Assembly: GCA_951406725.2 (NCBI GenBank)
Contig: OX597836.1
Coordinates: 26,226,001-26,290,000 of the forward strand
Direction of reading: 5' to 3'
Source: Octopus vulgaris
Lineage: Eukaryota
Length of the DNA: 64,000 bases
The notes beneath the pieces are model-generated. The model did no database searches. It was given only the letters and a program-made list of their open reading frames with translations, and was not told the origin of the DNA. This document shows, one piece after another, positions 26,793-41,262 of this stretch; positions within the stretch are counted from its first letter, which is position 1, and each line of letters starts with the position of its first letter. Made by a program: the position numbers and the translations under genes.

Positions 26793-27334
26793 ATCAAAAC
26801 CGTTTCCATAGCATTTACGTACACGTAGAAATATGTATAAATGCGTCAGAGTGCAAGGGAAACAACTCCTGGTGATTAACTGTCTTGAGAACGAAAGTAT
26901 CAACAGTTATTGTATTCTGCTTTTAATTCATAAGTCATCATTTATTTTCGTAATTTATTGCCTCAATTAAACGTACGAACGTACATAATTATAATGTAAG
27001 AACTTGTGACGAAGAATGTAGATCATAAGCACTTACTTATGACCTACAATTATTGTATCCGTTACCCTAATCTTTGACACACTAAGTGTCGAACGTTTAT
27101 TGCTTTCTTAAACACCAGTTGCTACACCTTTGATTAATAATAACGATTGTTAGTCTGCTCCACGTCATCCAACCATCGTTCGTTGTTGTAGGAAAACTTC
27201 TTTTGTTTTTTTTTTTTGTCTTTTTACAGAGTGATTATTATAGAGCAAGTTTCGTGTTCTAGTTTTTATAATTTTCTAACCTGGAATGTAGCACAAACCG
27301 ATCAAAAGACCCAGTTTTCAAGGGTACCACAGTG
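26389..27334. mobile_element. Non-autonomous TIR DNA transposon (about 70-bp terminal inverted repeats)
   Basis: CATTATGGTGCCCTCGAAAATTGGGTCTTTTGATCGGTTTGTGCTACATTCCA...ATTATAAA (26389-26458) is the inverse of 27265-27334, which ends GGGTACCACAGTG. Confidence 0.75.
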
Positions 27335-27350
27335 CAAAATAAGAGAATGC

Positions 27351-27408
<58 letters not shown>

Positions 27409-28012
27409 ACTCTCTCTCTCTCTCTCTTTCTCTCTCCCCCTCTCTCTCTCTCTCCCTCCCTCTCTAATTAGAGACGAATTATCAGAAATTCCATAGTGCC
27501 AGAGTACATGCCGATTGGAAACCTGAAATGTAATTAATTAATTGGTTTCAAATGTACAGGCCAACAAAGGAGCATCAATGTGGTCGCTCGATCTGCTAAA
27601 AATAGCAGTCAAAATCCCATCTACAATTGAATCGAGAAGGAAGAGGACAGTAAAATACTATGTATGCTATAGTTCTTCTTAGATGCATGAGCTTAGATCT
27701 GTTCTAAGCCCCTGGACTCATAAAGCTGGAGTTTAACTCGGTTTCCATGGCGCATAAATGACTGAGATTACAACATACTCTGCAGGGTGGGACGCTAGTC
27801 CATCGCAGAGCTAACTTCCCAGCTATTGCTGGAGTCAATTTGCAGTTTAGTGTGACTGCAGCATTGCTTAGTCCAGGAATCGAAATCGCAATCTATGACA
27901 TGCTTAGCTAGTTACATAATTCTTTCCTCTAAGCTCTTCAGTTCATTTCTACTTTCAACGTGTTATGCAAAAGCTGTAGTCCATAAGTGAGAGACAACGT
28001 GAGAGTCACACC

Positions 28013-28415
28013 AGGCGGCGAGCAGGCAGAATCGTTAGCAAGCCGGGCGAAATGCTTAGAGGTATTTCGTCTGTCTTTACGTTCTGAGTTCAAATTCCGT
28101 CGCGGTCGACTTTGCCTTTCATCCTTTCGGGTTTGATAAATTAAGTACCAGTTACGCACTGGGGTCGATATAATCGACTTAATCCGTTTGTCTGTCCTTG
28201 TTTGTCCTCTCTGTGTTTAGCTCCTTGTGGGTAGTAAAGAAATAGGTATTTCGTCTGTCTTTACGTTGTTCTGAGTTCAAATTCCGCCGAGGTCGACTTT
28301 GCCTATCATCCTTTCAGGGTTGATAAATTAAGTACCAGTTGCGTACTGAGGTCGATCTAATCGACTGGCCCCCTCCCCCCAAATTTCGGGCCTTGTACCT
28401 CGAATTAGAAAAGAA
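28013..28415 (+). mobile_element. SINE family B, duplicated body
   Basis: Same organisation as 16683-17080. Confidence 0.88.
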
Positions 28416-28710
28416 TTTACTATTACTCTTATTAATTAGATCTGTGTGAATATTGGATAAAGGGAGACACACTGCGGCACGTTACAGCACATTGCGGCAC
28501 ATTGCAGCAATGGATAGTGGTTAGAGGATGAAAAGTTGATGAGAGAAGGAGTAAAATAGTAGGAAACGGGATACATTTTGGGTAGAAAACTCAAATATCA
28601 GTTAATGGGAATGAGTGAGCGTCTATCAGTCAGTGTTATTGAGTGAACGCATGTCAACTAGTTCAGTTATGAGTAAAGATTTGTCAATCAGTCAGTCATA
28701 TTACTGAGTG

Positions 28711-29095
28711 GAGGCGCAATGGCCCAGTGGTTAGGGCAGCGGACTCGCAGTCATAGGATCGCGGTTTCGATTCCCAGACCGGGCGTTGTGAGTGTTTATT
28801 GAGCGAAAACACCTAAAAGCTCCACGAGGCTCCGGCAGGGGATGGTGGTGAGCCCTGCTGTACTCTTTCACCACAACTTTCTCTCACTCTTACTTCCTGT
28901 TTCTGTTGTACCTGTATTTCAAAGGGCCGGCCTTGTCACTCTCTGTGTCACGCTGAATATCCCCGAGAACTACGTTAAGGGTGCACGTGTCTGTGGAGTG
29001 CTCAGCCACTTACACGTTAATTTCACGAGCAGGCTGTTCCGTTGATTCGGATCAACCGGAACCCTCATCGTCGTAACCGACGGAGTGCTTCCATC
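28711..29095 (+). mobile_element. SINE family C, full length, 14-bp TSD
   Basis: A-box TGGCCCAGTGG and B-box GGTTTCGATTCC. TSD CATATTACTGAGTG at 28697-28710 and 29096-29109. Confidence 0.95.
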
Positions 29096-29329
29096 CATAT
29101 TACTGAGTGATTTTTTGTTAAATATTTAATGAAATTGTAATTGTAATTGATTAAATGTTTGTCAATCTGTGAATAAGGGTGAGTGATGATTTGTAGACCA
29201 ATCGAATGTCCATTTTTCCGTTGTATTCTAAAATGTGTCTATAATGTATATAAGAGTCCGCGCACTCTTGTATGTTCTGAATCTGTTTTGCTGTGTACAG
29301 GCTGTTCAGAAAGTCTCTTTTTGAACACC

Positions 29330-29442
<113 letters not shown>

Positions 29443-29989
29443 GCAGTTGTACTCTCCCTGATATATCAACTGTACTTTTAATCTTCTAAGGGGCTGATGA
29501 AGTGTCCTTTTGTCCGTCTAAGAAGGGAGCGGTATTGAAGAAGGTTTTACGGGCTAGAGTACTTTTGATTACATAAGTGGTTTCAACAGGAAGCTTAACC
29601 TTAGCCACTAATACCAACAATGTTTTGGTTGTTTCTATTAAATGTCTGATTTAAAATTTATATTCGTGATGTATTGAAAGAAATTTTGTAATACCTTGGG
29701 AGAGTCATTGCACCAATAATAAACACACACACTGGTTCAATTTCACTTCTTTATTATAAATCTATTATTTTATTATTTACCCAACCAACTGATCTTATTG
29801 CTCGCTTATTCAGTCTGTTAATAAATCAATCACTTGATTTTAACAAACAACTGATTGATTGATTAACCGACTAATTAAGCGAACAATCGATTAGTTAGTT
29901 GGTTAAACAGTTAAGAAAGTCTGAAGTTGATACAAGTATCTGATAACATTAAGAGCGCAGAAAAGCGGAGAAAAGTTGAATAACTTGTA

Positions 29990-31830
29990 TAATATGGGTG
30001 ACTTAAGAATATTTGGGTTGAGTGAGCTTGAAATATGTGGCCAGGTTTCGATGGTGCAGATACTCAGTAAGGATATCCAGATGGAATCTGGGATCAAAAA
30101 GTGTGGTGTGCACAATATTGTCATTTAATGGTGCAGGACTACCCAATGGCGAAAGAATGAGGAACGTTCGGGTATAGAGATATAAGTATGTGGGTATTTT
30201 GGAGTATGACAAAATGAAAGAGAGTGAGATGAACGAAAGCTTTAAGGAGAAAATACTTCAGGAGAACCAAATTAATGATGGAGAGTAGAGTCGAATGAAA
30301 GAAGATAAGGTCAATGAATACAAGGGCTGTCTCGTTAATGCGATATGGTGCAGGTATTGTTAAATGGACAAAGAACGAGTTTGAGGAAATGGAAAGAAAA
30401 TCCTGGAAAGCTATGGCAATGAACAGGGAACTGAACTCTAAAAGCGATATCGAAAGACTCTATGTTCTTAGTACAAGGGAGGAAAAAACCTCATAAAACG
30501 CAAGGTTTGCGCTCTCGAAGAGGTAAACAGTCTCAGATGATACGTCGAACAACAGCTTGAACTTTTGGTTATTGTCTTTAGAAACATGACACTCCCAAAA
30601 CAGTTAAAGAAAGAAGGTGGGGAACAAAGACTAAACAACTGGAAAATGAAAACGATGCCTGAGTTATACTTGAGAGAAACTGAAGGGAAAGACAAGACCA
30701 ACACCTGGACGTGGCTAAGGAAAAGTGATTTGAAAAGATGTAGTGAGGCATGGGTATGCAGCGCTCAGGAATATGCATTGAGGACTAATTACACCAAGAT
30801 AGGAGTATTGAATCGCGCTTTTCTAGGGTGTGTGGCATCTAAACTGAAGTAATCTCACATATTGTGAATGAGTATAGCAAGGTGGCTCAAAAGAAATAGA
30901 AAAGAAGGCATGATAACATAGCTAATTGTGCTCATTGGAGATTGTGTGAGAAGTAGGATCTTGAAAGGACGTTGGAATGGTATGAGTATTAATGGTGCAG
31001 AACTACCCAACGGCGAAAGAATGAGGGACGCGCCGGGCGAAATGCTGAGGGGTATTTCGTCTGCCGCTACGTTCTGAGTTCAAATTCTGCCGAGATCGAC
31101 TTTGCCTTTCATCCTTTCGGGGTCGATTAAATAAGTACTAGTTACGCACTGGGGTCGATGTAATCGACTTAATCCATTTGTCTGTCCTTGTTTGTCCCCT
31201 CTGTGTTTAGCCCCTTGTAGGTAGTAAAGAAATAGGTATTTCGTCTGCCGTTACGTTCTGAGTTCAAATTCTGCCGAGATCGACTTTGCCTTTCATCCTT
31301 TCGGGGTCGATTAAATAAGTACCAGTTACGCACTGGGGTCGATGTAATCGACTTAATCCGTTTGTCTGTCCTTGTTTGTCCCCTCTGTGTTTAGCCCCTT
31401 GTGGGTAGTAAAGAAATAGGTATGAGCACAAGTGAGGTGTCACCGAGAACTTACGGGATTTTCCAGTTGTGATTCAGTGATTGATGCTAGGAAAGCAGAC
31501 ATTGTTGTAGTTGATAAAATGATGACGGAAGCGAAGATCTTGGATATTACCAAACCTGGGGATGTGCGAGTGGAGGATAAAGAACTGGAAAAGATTGAGG
31601 AATACGAACTAGAAAAAGATGAGATTGCACGAATGTGGGCAATGAAGAAAGTAACAGTCAACCCAGTAGTTGTAAGGGCATTAGGGGTTTGAGAAAAGTA
31701 TTGGAGCACTTGGGGGTAGACATGAGGGTAGAACATGCGCAGAAAACTGCTTTATTGGGGGGGAAAGCGAGGATATTGAGACAGGTACTTGAGAAGAACA
31801 ATCCGTGAGACTTTTGAGAAGAGGTTGTTG
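29990..31830 (+). mobile_element. Degenerate R4/Dong-clade LINE (RT C-terminus to restriction-like endonuclease), interrupted by a SINE
   Basis: DIQMESGIKKC, YKYVGILE, NTRAVSLMRYGAGIVKW, CSAQEYALRTNY, RRHD, KADIVVVDK...ILDITKPGD...KELEKIEEY. Many stops and frameshifts. Confidence 0.85.
31030..31421 (+). mobile_element. SINE family B, duplicated body, nested in the LINE
   Basis: Two near-identical units of about 183 bp. Confidence 0.88.
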
Positions 31831-32195
31831 TCCGCTCTTAGAAAATTAAACGGTGCAAATGAAATCGAAAGGTCTGGAAAGTAAAATGTAAGCAACAATA
31901 ATAATAATAACCAATAGATTATTATTTTTGTGTAATTTTGCAATTTTCATAACAAAGAATAATTATTTATAAATAATATTATTATTGTTGTCCCCCACCT
32001 CCGCCACCAGTATTATTGAAATTCCTTCAACTGTTTTGTTTCCATAATTATTTAGCATAGATGGATATCTCTATTGCAGTATCCGGTTACCCCATCCCAT
32101 GTGAAACAAACAGAAGCACATTATCCTAGTTTATATATAACTGGTTAGGACTTGTAGCTAACATTCTCTTCGTTTATTCATATTAGATAGGTAGG

Positions 32196-32226
<31 letters not shown>

Positions 32227-32503
32227 AGAGAGAGATAGAGAGAGAGAGAGAAAGAAAAAAGAAAGAAAGAAAGAGACAGACAGACAGACAGAGAAACAGA
32301 TACATGTATGCGTACAAACAAGCATACATACATAAAGGGCAAACAGACATAGAAAGACAGACAAACAGGTGTACGTACGTACATACATACAAACATACAT
32401 ACATGCATGCATGCATACATACATACATACATACATACATGCATGCATGCATACATACATACATACATACATACATACATGCATGCATGCATGCATACAT
32501 ACA

Positions 32504-32537
<34 letters not shown>

Positions 32538-32734
32538 CATACATGCATGCATACATACATACATACATACATACATGCATGCATGCATACATACATACAT
32601 ACATACATACATACATACATACATACATACATACATACATACATGCATACATACATAAGCACGTACGTCTATACATATATCCGTGCGTATACGTATGCAT
32701 GACTATAGATACACACATATTTATCGTGTGTGTA

Positions 32735-32791
<57 letters not shown>

Positions 32792-33057
32792 TGTATGGTG
32801 TTTCATCATTGGCCAGCATATTAAAATACCTTTTATGGTGAAAATTATGAACAATTATAAATAACAACAAAAAAAATTTTTTCTTTATCAATATGTTGGA
32901 AAATAGACCTCAGATCGTCTAACCACAATAAATATTTTTCACTATAAATACAGAGATTGTTGAAACGGGGAAAGAAAACTCACAGAAAATTTTTTTAATT
33001 CGTTATTCCCGAATCGGACCGGTTTCTGGATTAATCCACAATACATATATATATATA

Positions 33058-33453
33058 CAAGCAGTATCGCCCGGCGTTGCTCGGTTTGTAAGGGAAATAA
33101 CTATATAAGAATTTTTAGAGAGTTATAGCCAAAAAATAACGAAAAAATGCATTAAAAATGGAAAAAAAATGATGGTAATTTTTTTTTTAAATCGTTGACT
33201 CATCGTCGACATTTTTAGAGAGTTACTTCCCTTATATAATAGCGAAAAAATGCATTAAAATGGAAAAGGATGATGGTAATTATTTTTAAAATCGTAGACT
33301 CATCGTAGACGCGCGCTAATACCCAGAAGGGCTCGATATGAATCACGACTATAAGATACCCGGTTTTGGTTAAACTGCACCGCAAAATGTGGGAGTAGTT
33401 AGGAATCTAAATCGTAGGAGACAGACACACAACTTCACTTTTATATATAAAGA
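33058..33453 (-). mobile_element. Non-autonomous Helitron (same family as 9453) with an internal duplication
   Basis: Minus-strand TC start, hairpin and CTTG end. The AAAATGCATTAAAATGG block is duplicated. Confidence 0.85.
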
Positions 33454-33559
33454 TATACACTTGAATATAAGGATAAAATCATGTTTAAGATTTTTATCAG
33501 GTAGTCAGCATGCAATAAAAATGTATAGGTAATTTATACATTAAATTAATAATTATATA

Positions 33560-33983
33560 TACTCTTTTACTCTTTACTCTTTTACTTGTTTCAGTCATTT
33601 GACTGCGGCCATGCTGGAGCACCGCCTTTAAACGAGCAACTCAACCCCGGGACTTATTCATTGTAAGCCCAGTACTTATTCTATCGGTCTCTTTTGCCGA
33701 ACCGCTAAGTGACAGGGACATAAACACACCAGCATCGGTTGTCAAGCAATGCTAGGGGGACGAACACAAACATACATGCACACACACACATATGTATATA
33801 TATATATATACATATATACGACGGGCTTCTTTCAGTTTCCATCTAACAAATTCACACACAAGGCTTTGGTCGGCCCGAGGCTATAGTAGAAGACACTTGC
33901 CCAAGGTGCCACGCAGTGGGACTGAACCCGGAACCATGTGGCTGGTAAGCAAGCTACTTACCACACAGCCACTCCTGCGCCTA
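33560..33983 (-). mobile_element. SINE family A, full length
   Basis: Homologous to 10116-10520, with (TACTCTTT)n tail repeats. Confidence 0.92.
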
Positions 33984-34184
33984 TGTATATAATTATATTA
34001 AGGAAGCAAGGGCGAAAAGAATGCTTTGCAACCACATAGTTTCTGGGTCAGTCCCATTGCATGGCACCTTCGGCTAGTCTCTGTTAATATATAGCTCCGG
34101 ACTGACCAATGTCTTGTGGGTGAATTTGATGAACGGAAACTGTGTGAAGCCTGTTAAGAATATGTGCGTGTTTTTATGTGTGTG

Positions 34185-34502
34185 TTTCTTATTTCTTTAT
34201 TGCCCACAAGGGGCAAACAAGGACAGACCTCGGCGGAATTTGAACTCAGGACGTAACGGCAGACGATATACCTATTTCTTTTTCTTTACTACCCACAAGG
34301 GGCTAAACACAGAGAGGGCAAACAAGAACAGACAAAGGGATTAAGCCGATTACATCGACCCCAGTGCGTAACCGGTACTTAATTTATCGACCCCGAAAGG
34401 ATGAAAGGCAAAGTCGACCTCGGCGGAATTTGACCTCAGAACGTAACGGCAGACGAAATACCGCTAAGCATTTCGCCCGGTGTGCTAACGTTTCTGCCAG
34501 CT

Positions 34503-34556
<54 letters not shown>

Positions 34557-35031
34557 TTTGTGCTTGTCCCTATGGCTGGTCATCTGATCAATGCTTGTTC
34601 ATGTTCTCGTCGCTATCACCATCACCATCACCACCACCACCACCACCACCAGCACACCACCATCAGTCAATTACTTTGACCCCGGTAGTCGACCTCGAAA
34701 AAATTAAAGGCAAAATCGAACCTCGACGAAATTTGAACTCTGAACGCAAAGACGGACGAAATGCCGCTAAGCATCTTGTCCGGCGTGCTAAGAATTCTTC
34801 CAGCACGCCGCTTTAATGGTTTCAAATTTTCCTACAGGGGCAGCAGTTTTGGGAGAGGAGATGAGTCGATTATATCACCCCCAGTGTTTGACTGGTACTT
34901 ATTTTATCGACCCTGAAAGGGTGTAAGCCAAAATCAACGTCGGCGGAATTTGAACTCAAAACGTGAAGACAGACGAAATGCTGCTAAGTATCTTGCCCCG
35001 GTGTGCTAACGATTCTGCCAGCTTGCCGCCT
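34185..35031 (-). mobile_element. Cluster of SINE family B copies and fragments
   Basis: The CGGCGGAATTTGAACTC motif recurs at about 34230, 34420, 34725 and 34940. Confidence 0.8.
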
Positions 35032-35032
35032 T

Positions 35033-35830
<798 letters not shown>

Positions 35831-36696
35831 CAACAACACTTTCTACTAAAAGCACAAGGGAAGCAGTTTGAGGAGAGGTTGCCAAGTCGATTACATCGAC
35901 CCTAGTGTTCAACTTTTACGCAATCTGTCGACTCCGAAAGAATGAAATGCAAAGTCGAACCTCGGCGAAATTTGAACTCAGAACGTAAAACGAAAAGAAA
36001 TGCCGCGAAGCATTTTTCCCGGCGACCAACTACACCATCTAGCTGCTTTCCTGTCATGCTATAGAATACAAGGTGTGAAGGTTCATTTAGTAAGTGTCCC
36101 ATATAATTGGTCACACATCAACACCATTCATTGTTTTATTGTTCCAATCTATTTATATTTCTGTGTTGTTTATCTCAATGTCCAACTTGTCAGTTATCAC
36201 CGTTTCACAGATGAACATTTATATGGGTTCGACCATCCACACTTCCTTAATTCCTAGAGTCAAGTTTTATTGTAGTAAGATATAGAAGAGAGAGGAGGAG
36301 AGATCGAGAGAGAAGAGGAGAGATAGAAAGAGACAAGAAGGATTGAGAGAGAGGGGGGAAAAGGGGAGAGAGACACTGCATACTTCAAAAATAGCCATGT
36401 CTAAGGTGGAGCATCGTTCATTCTTCCTTGTACTTTTGGAAGCCCTGCTGATAATACAAACACGTATACACATACAGGCGGACACGGACACGCACACACA
36501 CACATACACACACACACACAGCCACACACAGGCACACAGGCACAAGTACACATCCACTTATGTACATATATAACTTTTACAAGGAAACGGTTGACGGTAA
36601 TTTCAAAGTTTAATGAACGTCTAGTTTACTAACAAGTATTGAGTAATTCGGCAGTTACATCTTAAAGGTCTATACATTACTTGAAATACAAACATT

Positions 36697-36800
<104 letters not shown>

Positions 36801-36810
36801 CAGACAGACT

Positions 36811-36909
<99 letters not shown>

Positions 36910-37042
36910 CATACATATATACATACATTATACTTATGTGCACGCACACATATATAAAGTGTATACACGCATATATATTACACACGTATTCTCACACACA
37001 TGCATACATATTCAAATATACATGTATGTACATACAATATGC

Positions 37043-37077
<35 letters not shown>

Positions 37078-37119
37078 GGTATGTATGTATACATGCATGC
37101 ATGCATGTATGTATATATA

Positions 37120-37270
37120 TAGTAAATCCCAAAAAGAACATACATAAACAAAACAACAACGCGAGGACGTGGTACATGTAATGAATTAGCGGACGCTCAG
37201 GAAAAAGATGGTATAACGTTTCGAGGAGACGCTCTTCTTCGGAAACAGAAGAAAATCCAATAGAAGCAAA
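37120..37270 (-). mobile_element. Family E2 short repeat with variant HHR (37211-37246)
   Basis: Homologous to 40045-40248 and 44596-44806. Core CCGAAGAA-GAG...CUC-GAAA-CG-UU. Confidence 0.55.
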
Positions 37271-37859
37271 ATTTAGACAAGTTAAAATATGTTTGTAACA
37301 TATTTCAGCTGCTAAAAGGAAAATTCACTGCAGTTACCGCGGAGAAAATATTTCTCTTATAGCAAAAAGGTGTGAAGACATCCGGTTTGTTCAGTGTCGC
37401 CATCTATGAGGAATCCCAAACATCGATGTTTCGAGTTTATTGACTCTTGTCAATGGGATGTACCTATGAGGGCTAAACACCGCCTAGCGCTAATACTTCC
37501 TTATTCTCCTCGCTCATTATTTTCTTCGAGGAAACTGTCTATTTGGCTGGGTGGCACTAATTTACATGGCGTAGGTGTGTCTAGTCAATAATATTGAGTG
37601 CAGTACTTGTTCTTTAGTAATTTCAGAAGAAGGAAGGGTAAAGTCGATTTGAATCTAGTAGATATAAAACATCTTGTCTACCATTTTTCCATCACACAAG
37701 TCAACACTATAGAGTATAAGCATGTAGCGTAAACATTGAAGCATCATCAGTATCTTTGCAAATCATGTGGGTTTCACATGGAATTTTTGGCCTTCCAAAG
37801 TCATCTTGGTGTATAAACTGACCTACCTTTCTTCTGCTTCACATTTTTGTCTGAAAATG

Positions 37860-38250
37860 GAGTGACTGTGTGGTACGTAGCTTGCTTACCAACCACATGG
37901 TTCCGAGTTCAGTCCCACTGCGTGGCACCTTGGGCAAGTGTCTTCTAATATAGCCTCGGGCCGATCAAAGTTTGGGAGTAGGTTTGTAGATGGAAACTGA
38001 AAGAAGCCCGTCGTATATATGTATATATATATGTATGTATGTATGTATGTGTTTGTGTGTGTGTTTGTCCCCCACCATCGCTTGACAGCCGATGTTGGTG
38101 TGTTTACGTCCCCGTAACTTAACGGTTCGGTAAAAGATACTGATAGAATAAGGTTTACAAAGAATAAGTCCTGCGGTCGATTTGTTCGACTAAAGGCGAT
38201 GCTAAAACATGGGCCGCAGTCAAATGACAAAAAGAAATAAAGAATAAAAG
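37860..38250 (+). mobile_element. SINE family A
   Basis: Family A head and tail present. Confidence 0.88.
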
Positions 38251-38425
38251 TGTGCTGGAAAGTATGGTAATCTGGTTGAATGGCTTTCTGATGAATGTGC
38301 TTCTAGTGTTACTAAAGACAAGGATAAATGGTAAAGTTGATTGGAATCTAGCAAATACAAGACAATTTGTCTACCATTTTTCTAGCATGCAAATCAACAT
38401 AATATACAGGGTATAGCAAACATCC

Positions 38426-38808
38426 GTGGAGGCGCAATGGCCCAGTGGTTAGGGTAGCGGACTCGCGGTCGTAGGATCGCGGTTTCGATTCCCAGACCGG
38501 GCGTTGTGAGTGTTTATTGAGCGAAAACACCTAAAGCTCCATGAGGCTCCGGCAGGGGATGGTGGTGATCCCTGCTGTACTCTTTCACCACAACTTTCTC
38601 TCACTCTTACTTCCTGTTTCTGTTGTACCTGTATTTCAAAGGGCCGGCCTTGTCACTCTCTGTGTCACGCTGAATATCCCCGAGAACTACGTTAAGGTTA
38701 CACGTGTCTGTGGAGTGCTCAGCCACTTACACGTTAATTTCACGAGCAGGCTGTTCCGTTGATCGGATCAACCGGAACCCTCGTCGCCGTAACCGACGGA
38801 GTGCTTCC
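38426..38808 (+). mobile_element. SINE family C, full length, 13-bp TSD
   Basis: TSD ATAGCAAACATCC at 38413-38425 and 38809-38821. Confidence 0.95.
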
Positions 38809-40044
38809 ATAGCAAACATCCAAACATTGTCACTATCTTTCCAAATCCCGCTGTTATTTCGCATGGAAATTTTGGTCCTCCAAAATTTCTTTTTCTTTGG
38901 AATTTGTAAATTCGATTTGTATACTGGGAAATACGGGAACACACGCGATCTACAGCTGCTCTACAATGTTACCCAGATGTTACTTTCATCTGAACCACGC
39001 CAGGGTTGCTAAAACAATACAAAATAACATTTTTTTAAATGAGAACTCTATGGTTAAACGTATTCAAATATTCCCGACCGTCCCTATATTGATACATTTC
39101 AGTAGAAGAAAAATTTCTGGAACATTCCAACCAAATAAACAACTGGCCTGCAATAATTTCCTTCTTTTTTTTTTTTTTTTTTTTAAATTTCTATCTTTCT
39201 TTTTCTTATTTTTCTTAAACCGAAATCAAAAGTGTTGTACTCTTATTATGGAGGTCACCTGTCCTGTAAATGTGAATATTTTATTCAAAATCAATAAAAA
39301 AACGATTAAGAACAAATGCTTTAAAAGTCTATTCTTCCATAAATAATAGGTATATATATCTAACCTTTGCTGCTTTAGGACTATGCTCAGTCAGTGTTTA
39401 AAGAACGTTCTAGAAAAGATCGGATTTCTAGACAAAGAGAGTATTTAACACATATTCTGCTGATGTCACTTGGTAAATAGAACGGTGAAAGTATGCAAGA
39501 CATTTCCAGATTTCAGCATGTAACCATAACATTTTATTGTAGCTGTTATCTGAATTCTAACTATGGTGCTTTATTTTCTTGTTTGGACATTATCTTTTAG
39601 GGGGTGGGGGTTTCAATAATTTAAAAAAAGAAATACTCACACACACACACACACACACACACCATATATACAGGTTAACATTTTTCTTTGAAGAATACAG
39701 AATATTGTGGATATATTTTGTATACATCCTTCAAAGAAAAATTTAAACCTTAGTTCTATAAGCTCAAAATAACCCCGAAGAAGTTCTGCCCCATATAGTT
39801 AGAAAATAATACATTTCTTAGCATATAACCAAATGCTTAGAATTGCATATCAGCTAGGAGGTAGAACTGAAACATATATGTAGGGTTTTTTTTTCTTTTT
39901 TTTCACATATTTTGAGCTTATAATTTATTTGTATTATGCTTTTAAAAAATATTTCAACATCTCTATATCATACAAATAAATTATTCATACATCCATTTTT
40001 CTCCGTTTTCTTTCTTTCAATATATATATATATATATATATATA

Positions 40045-40243
40045 TGACCTCGTGTGTACCGTTGGCGATTTTTCTCCTCTGTCTTCCCTTCTCTGGATCT
40101 TTCCTTCTCCTATGTTTCCGACGAAGAGCTCCGCTCGAAACGTTAGGCCCTCCTTCTTTCCGTCTTTCCTGAGCGTCCAATATTACTATATTTGTTCCAC
40201 GTCCCCGCGTTGTTGTGTTTTTTGTGCTTTCTTGTTTGGATTA

Positions 40244-40248
<5 letters not shown>
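40045..40248 (+). mobile_element. Family E2 short repeat between (TA)n tracts, variant HHR at 40114-40148
   Basis: GUUU-CCGACGA-A-GAGC-ucc-GCUC-GAAA-CG-UU-AGGC. Confidence 0.65.
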
Positions 40249-40293
<45 letters not shown>

Positions 40294-41222
40294 TGTGTGT
40301 GTCTGTGAATCTTTGTGTATGTCCCATATATGCACAAATGCACAGCTTAACGGTAGCTAAGCGGTTTTGTAACAAATAAAAAAACCGATAGAATAAATAT
40401 CAGACACTAAAAACAAAGTACCGGGGTCGATTTGTTCGACTAACCTAGTCCAGGACAACACGCGACCCCTGGGACTTTCCGAATGGTACGCCCCAATGAA
40501 AAAAATTGCCTTGAATTTTTTTTTTTTAGTCGTGAGGCTAGCCTGATGACGGGGCCGGGTCTCATACGACAGCTTCCCGAAAAAAACTGCCCGTGCCTGG
40601 ATTATATCCGTTGGGACAGTATCCCAGCATGGCCGCAGTCTAATGACTGAAACAAGCGAAAGATTAAAGGTTAAAAGATCTACAAATTATAAACAACGAA
40701 TAAATACTGAACAGACTAACACGTCCTTTTTATTTCTTTCTTCGTTTCATTCTTGCCCTGGCTTTATTGTGATGCAAACACAATAAACGATTCATATATG
40801 CTGTTTCTATGAATTTACAAAGCTTGGCATTTTGTAAGCAAATGCGGTCCACGTGTGAAGTTCACCAGAGAATGTCCAGACGGGATGAGAAGAAATAAGA
40901 GGAGAAACAAACTGAGAAGGGCATGACGGAAGGACTTCATTCATTGTCGAAGTGACAACCTCTGGGATTCATAATGAAGAATGCGAGTGCAAACTGGGGG
41001 GAGGTGAATATATGCGGTGTATATAAAGTGCGAGTCGCTGTAAAGTGCATAGAACAAAACGAATTGAATAAATTACACACACACGTGTGTGTATATGTGT
41101 GTATGTATATATGTATATATATATATATGTGTGTATGTGTATGTATGTTTATATGTATATGTATTTATTCATACTGTAATTTTGTCTATATTCATTCATA
41201 ATCATTGCTTTTTGGTATATAT

Positions 41223-41262
<40 letters not shown>

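Noticed and set aside
28711-28785. tRNA-like sequence with A/B boxes (also the heads of families A, B and D)
   Set aside because: These are SINE heads continuing into repeated bodies with TSDs, not tRNA genes.
40540-40595. CTGATGA...CCCGAAA
   Set aside because: Stems I and III cannot be formed.
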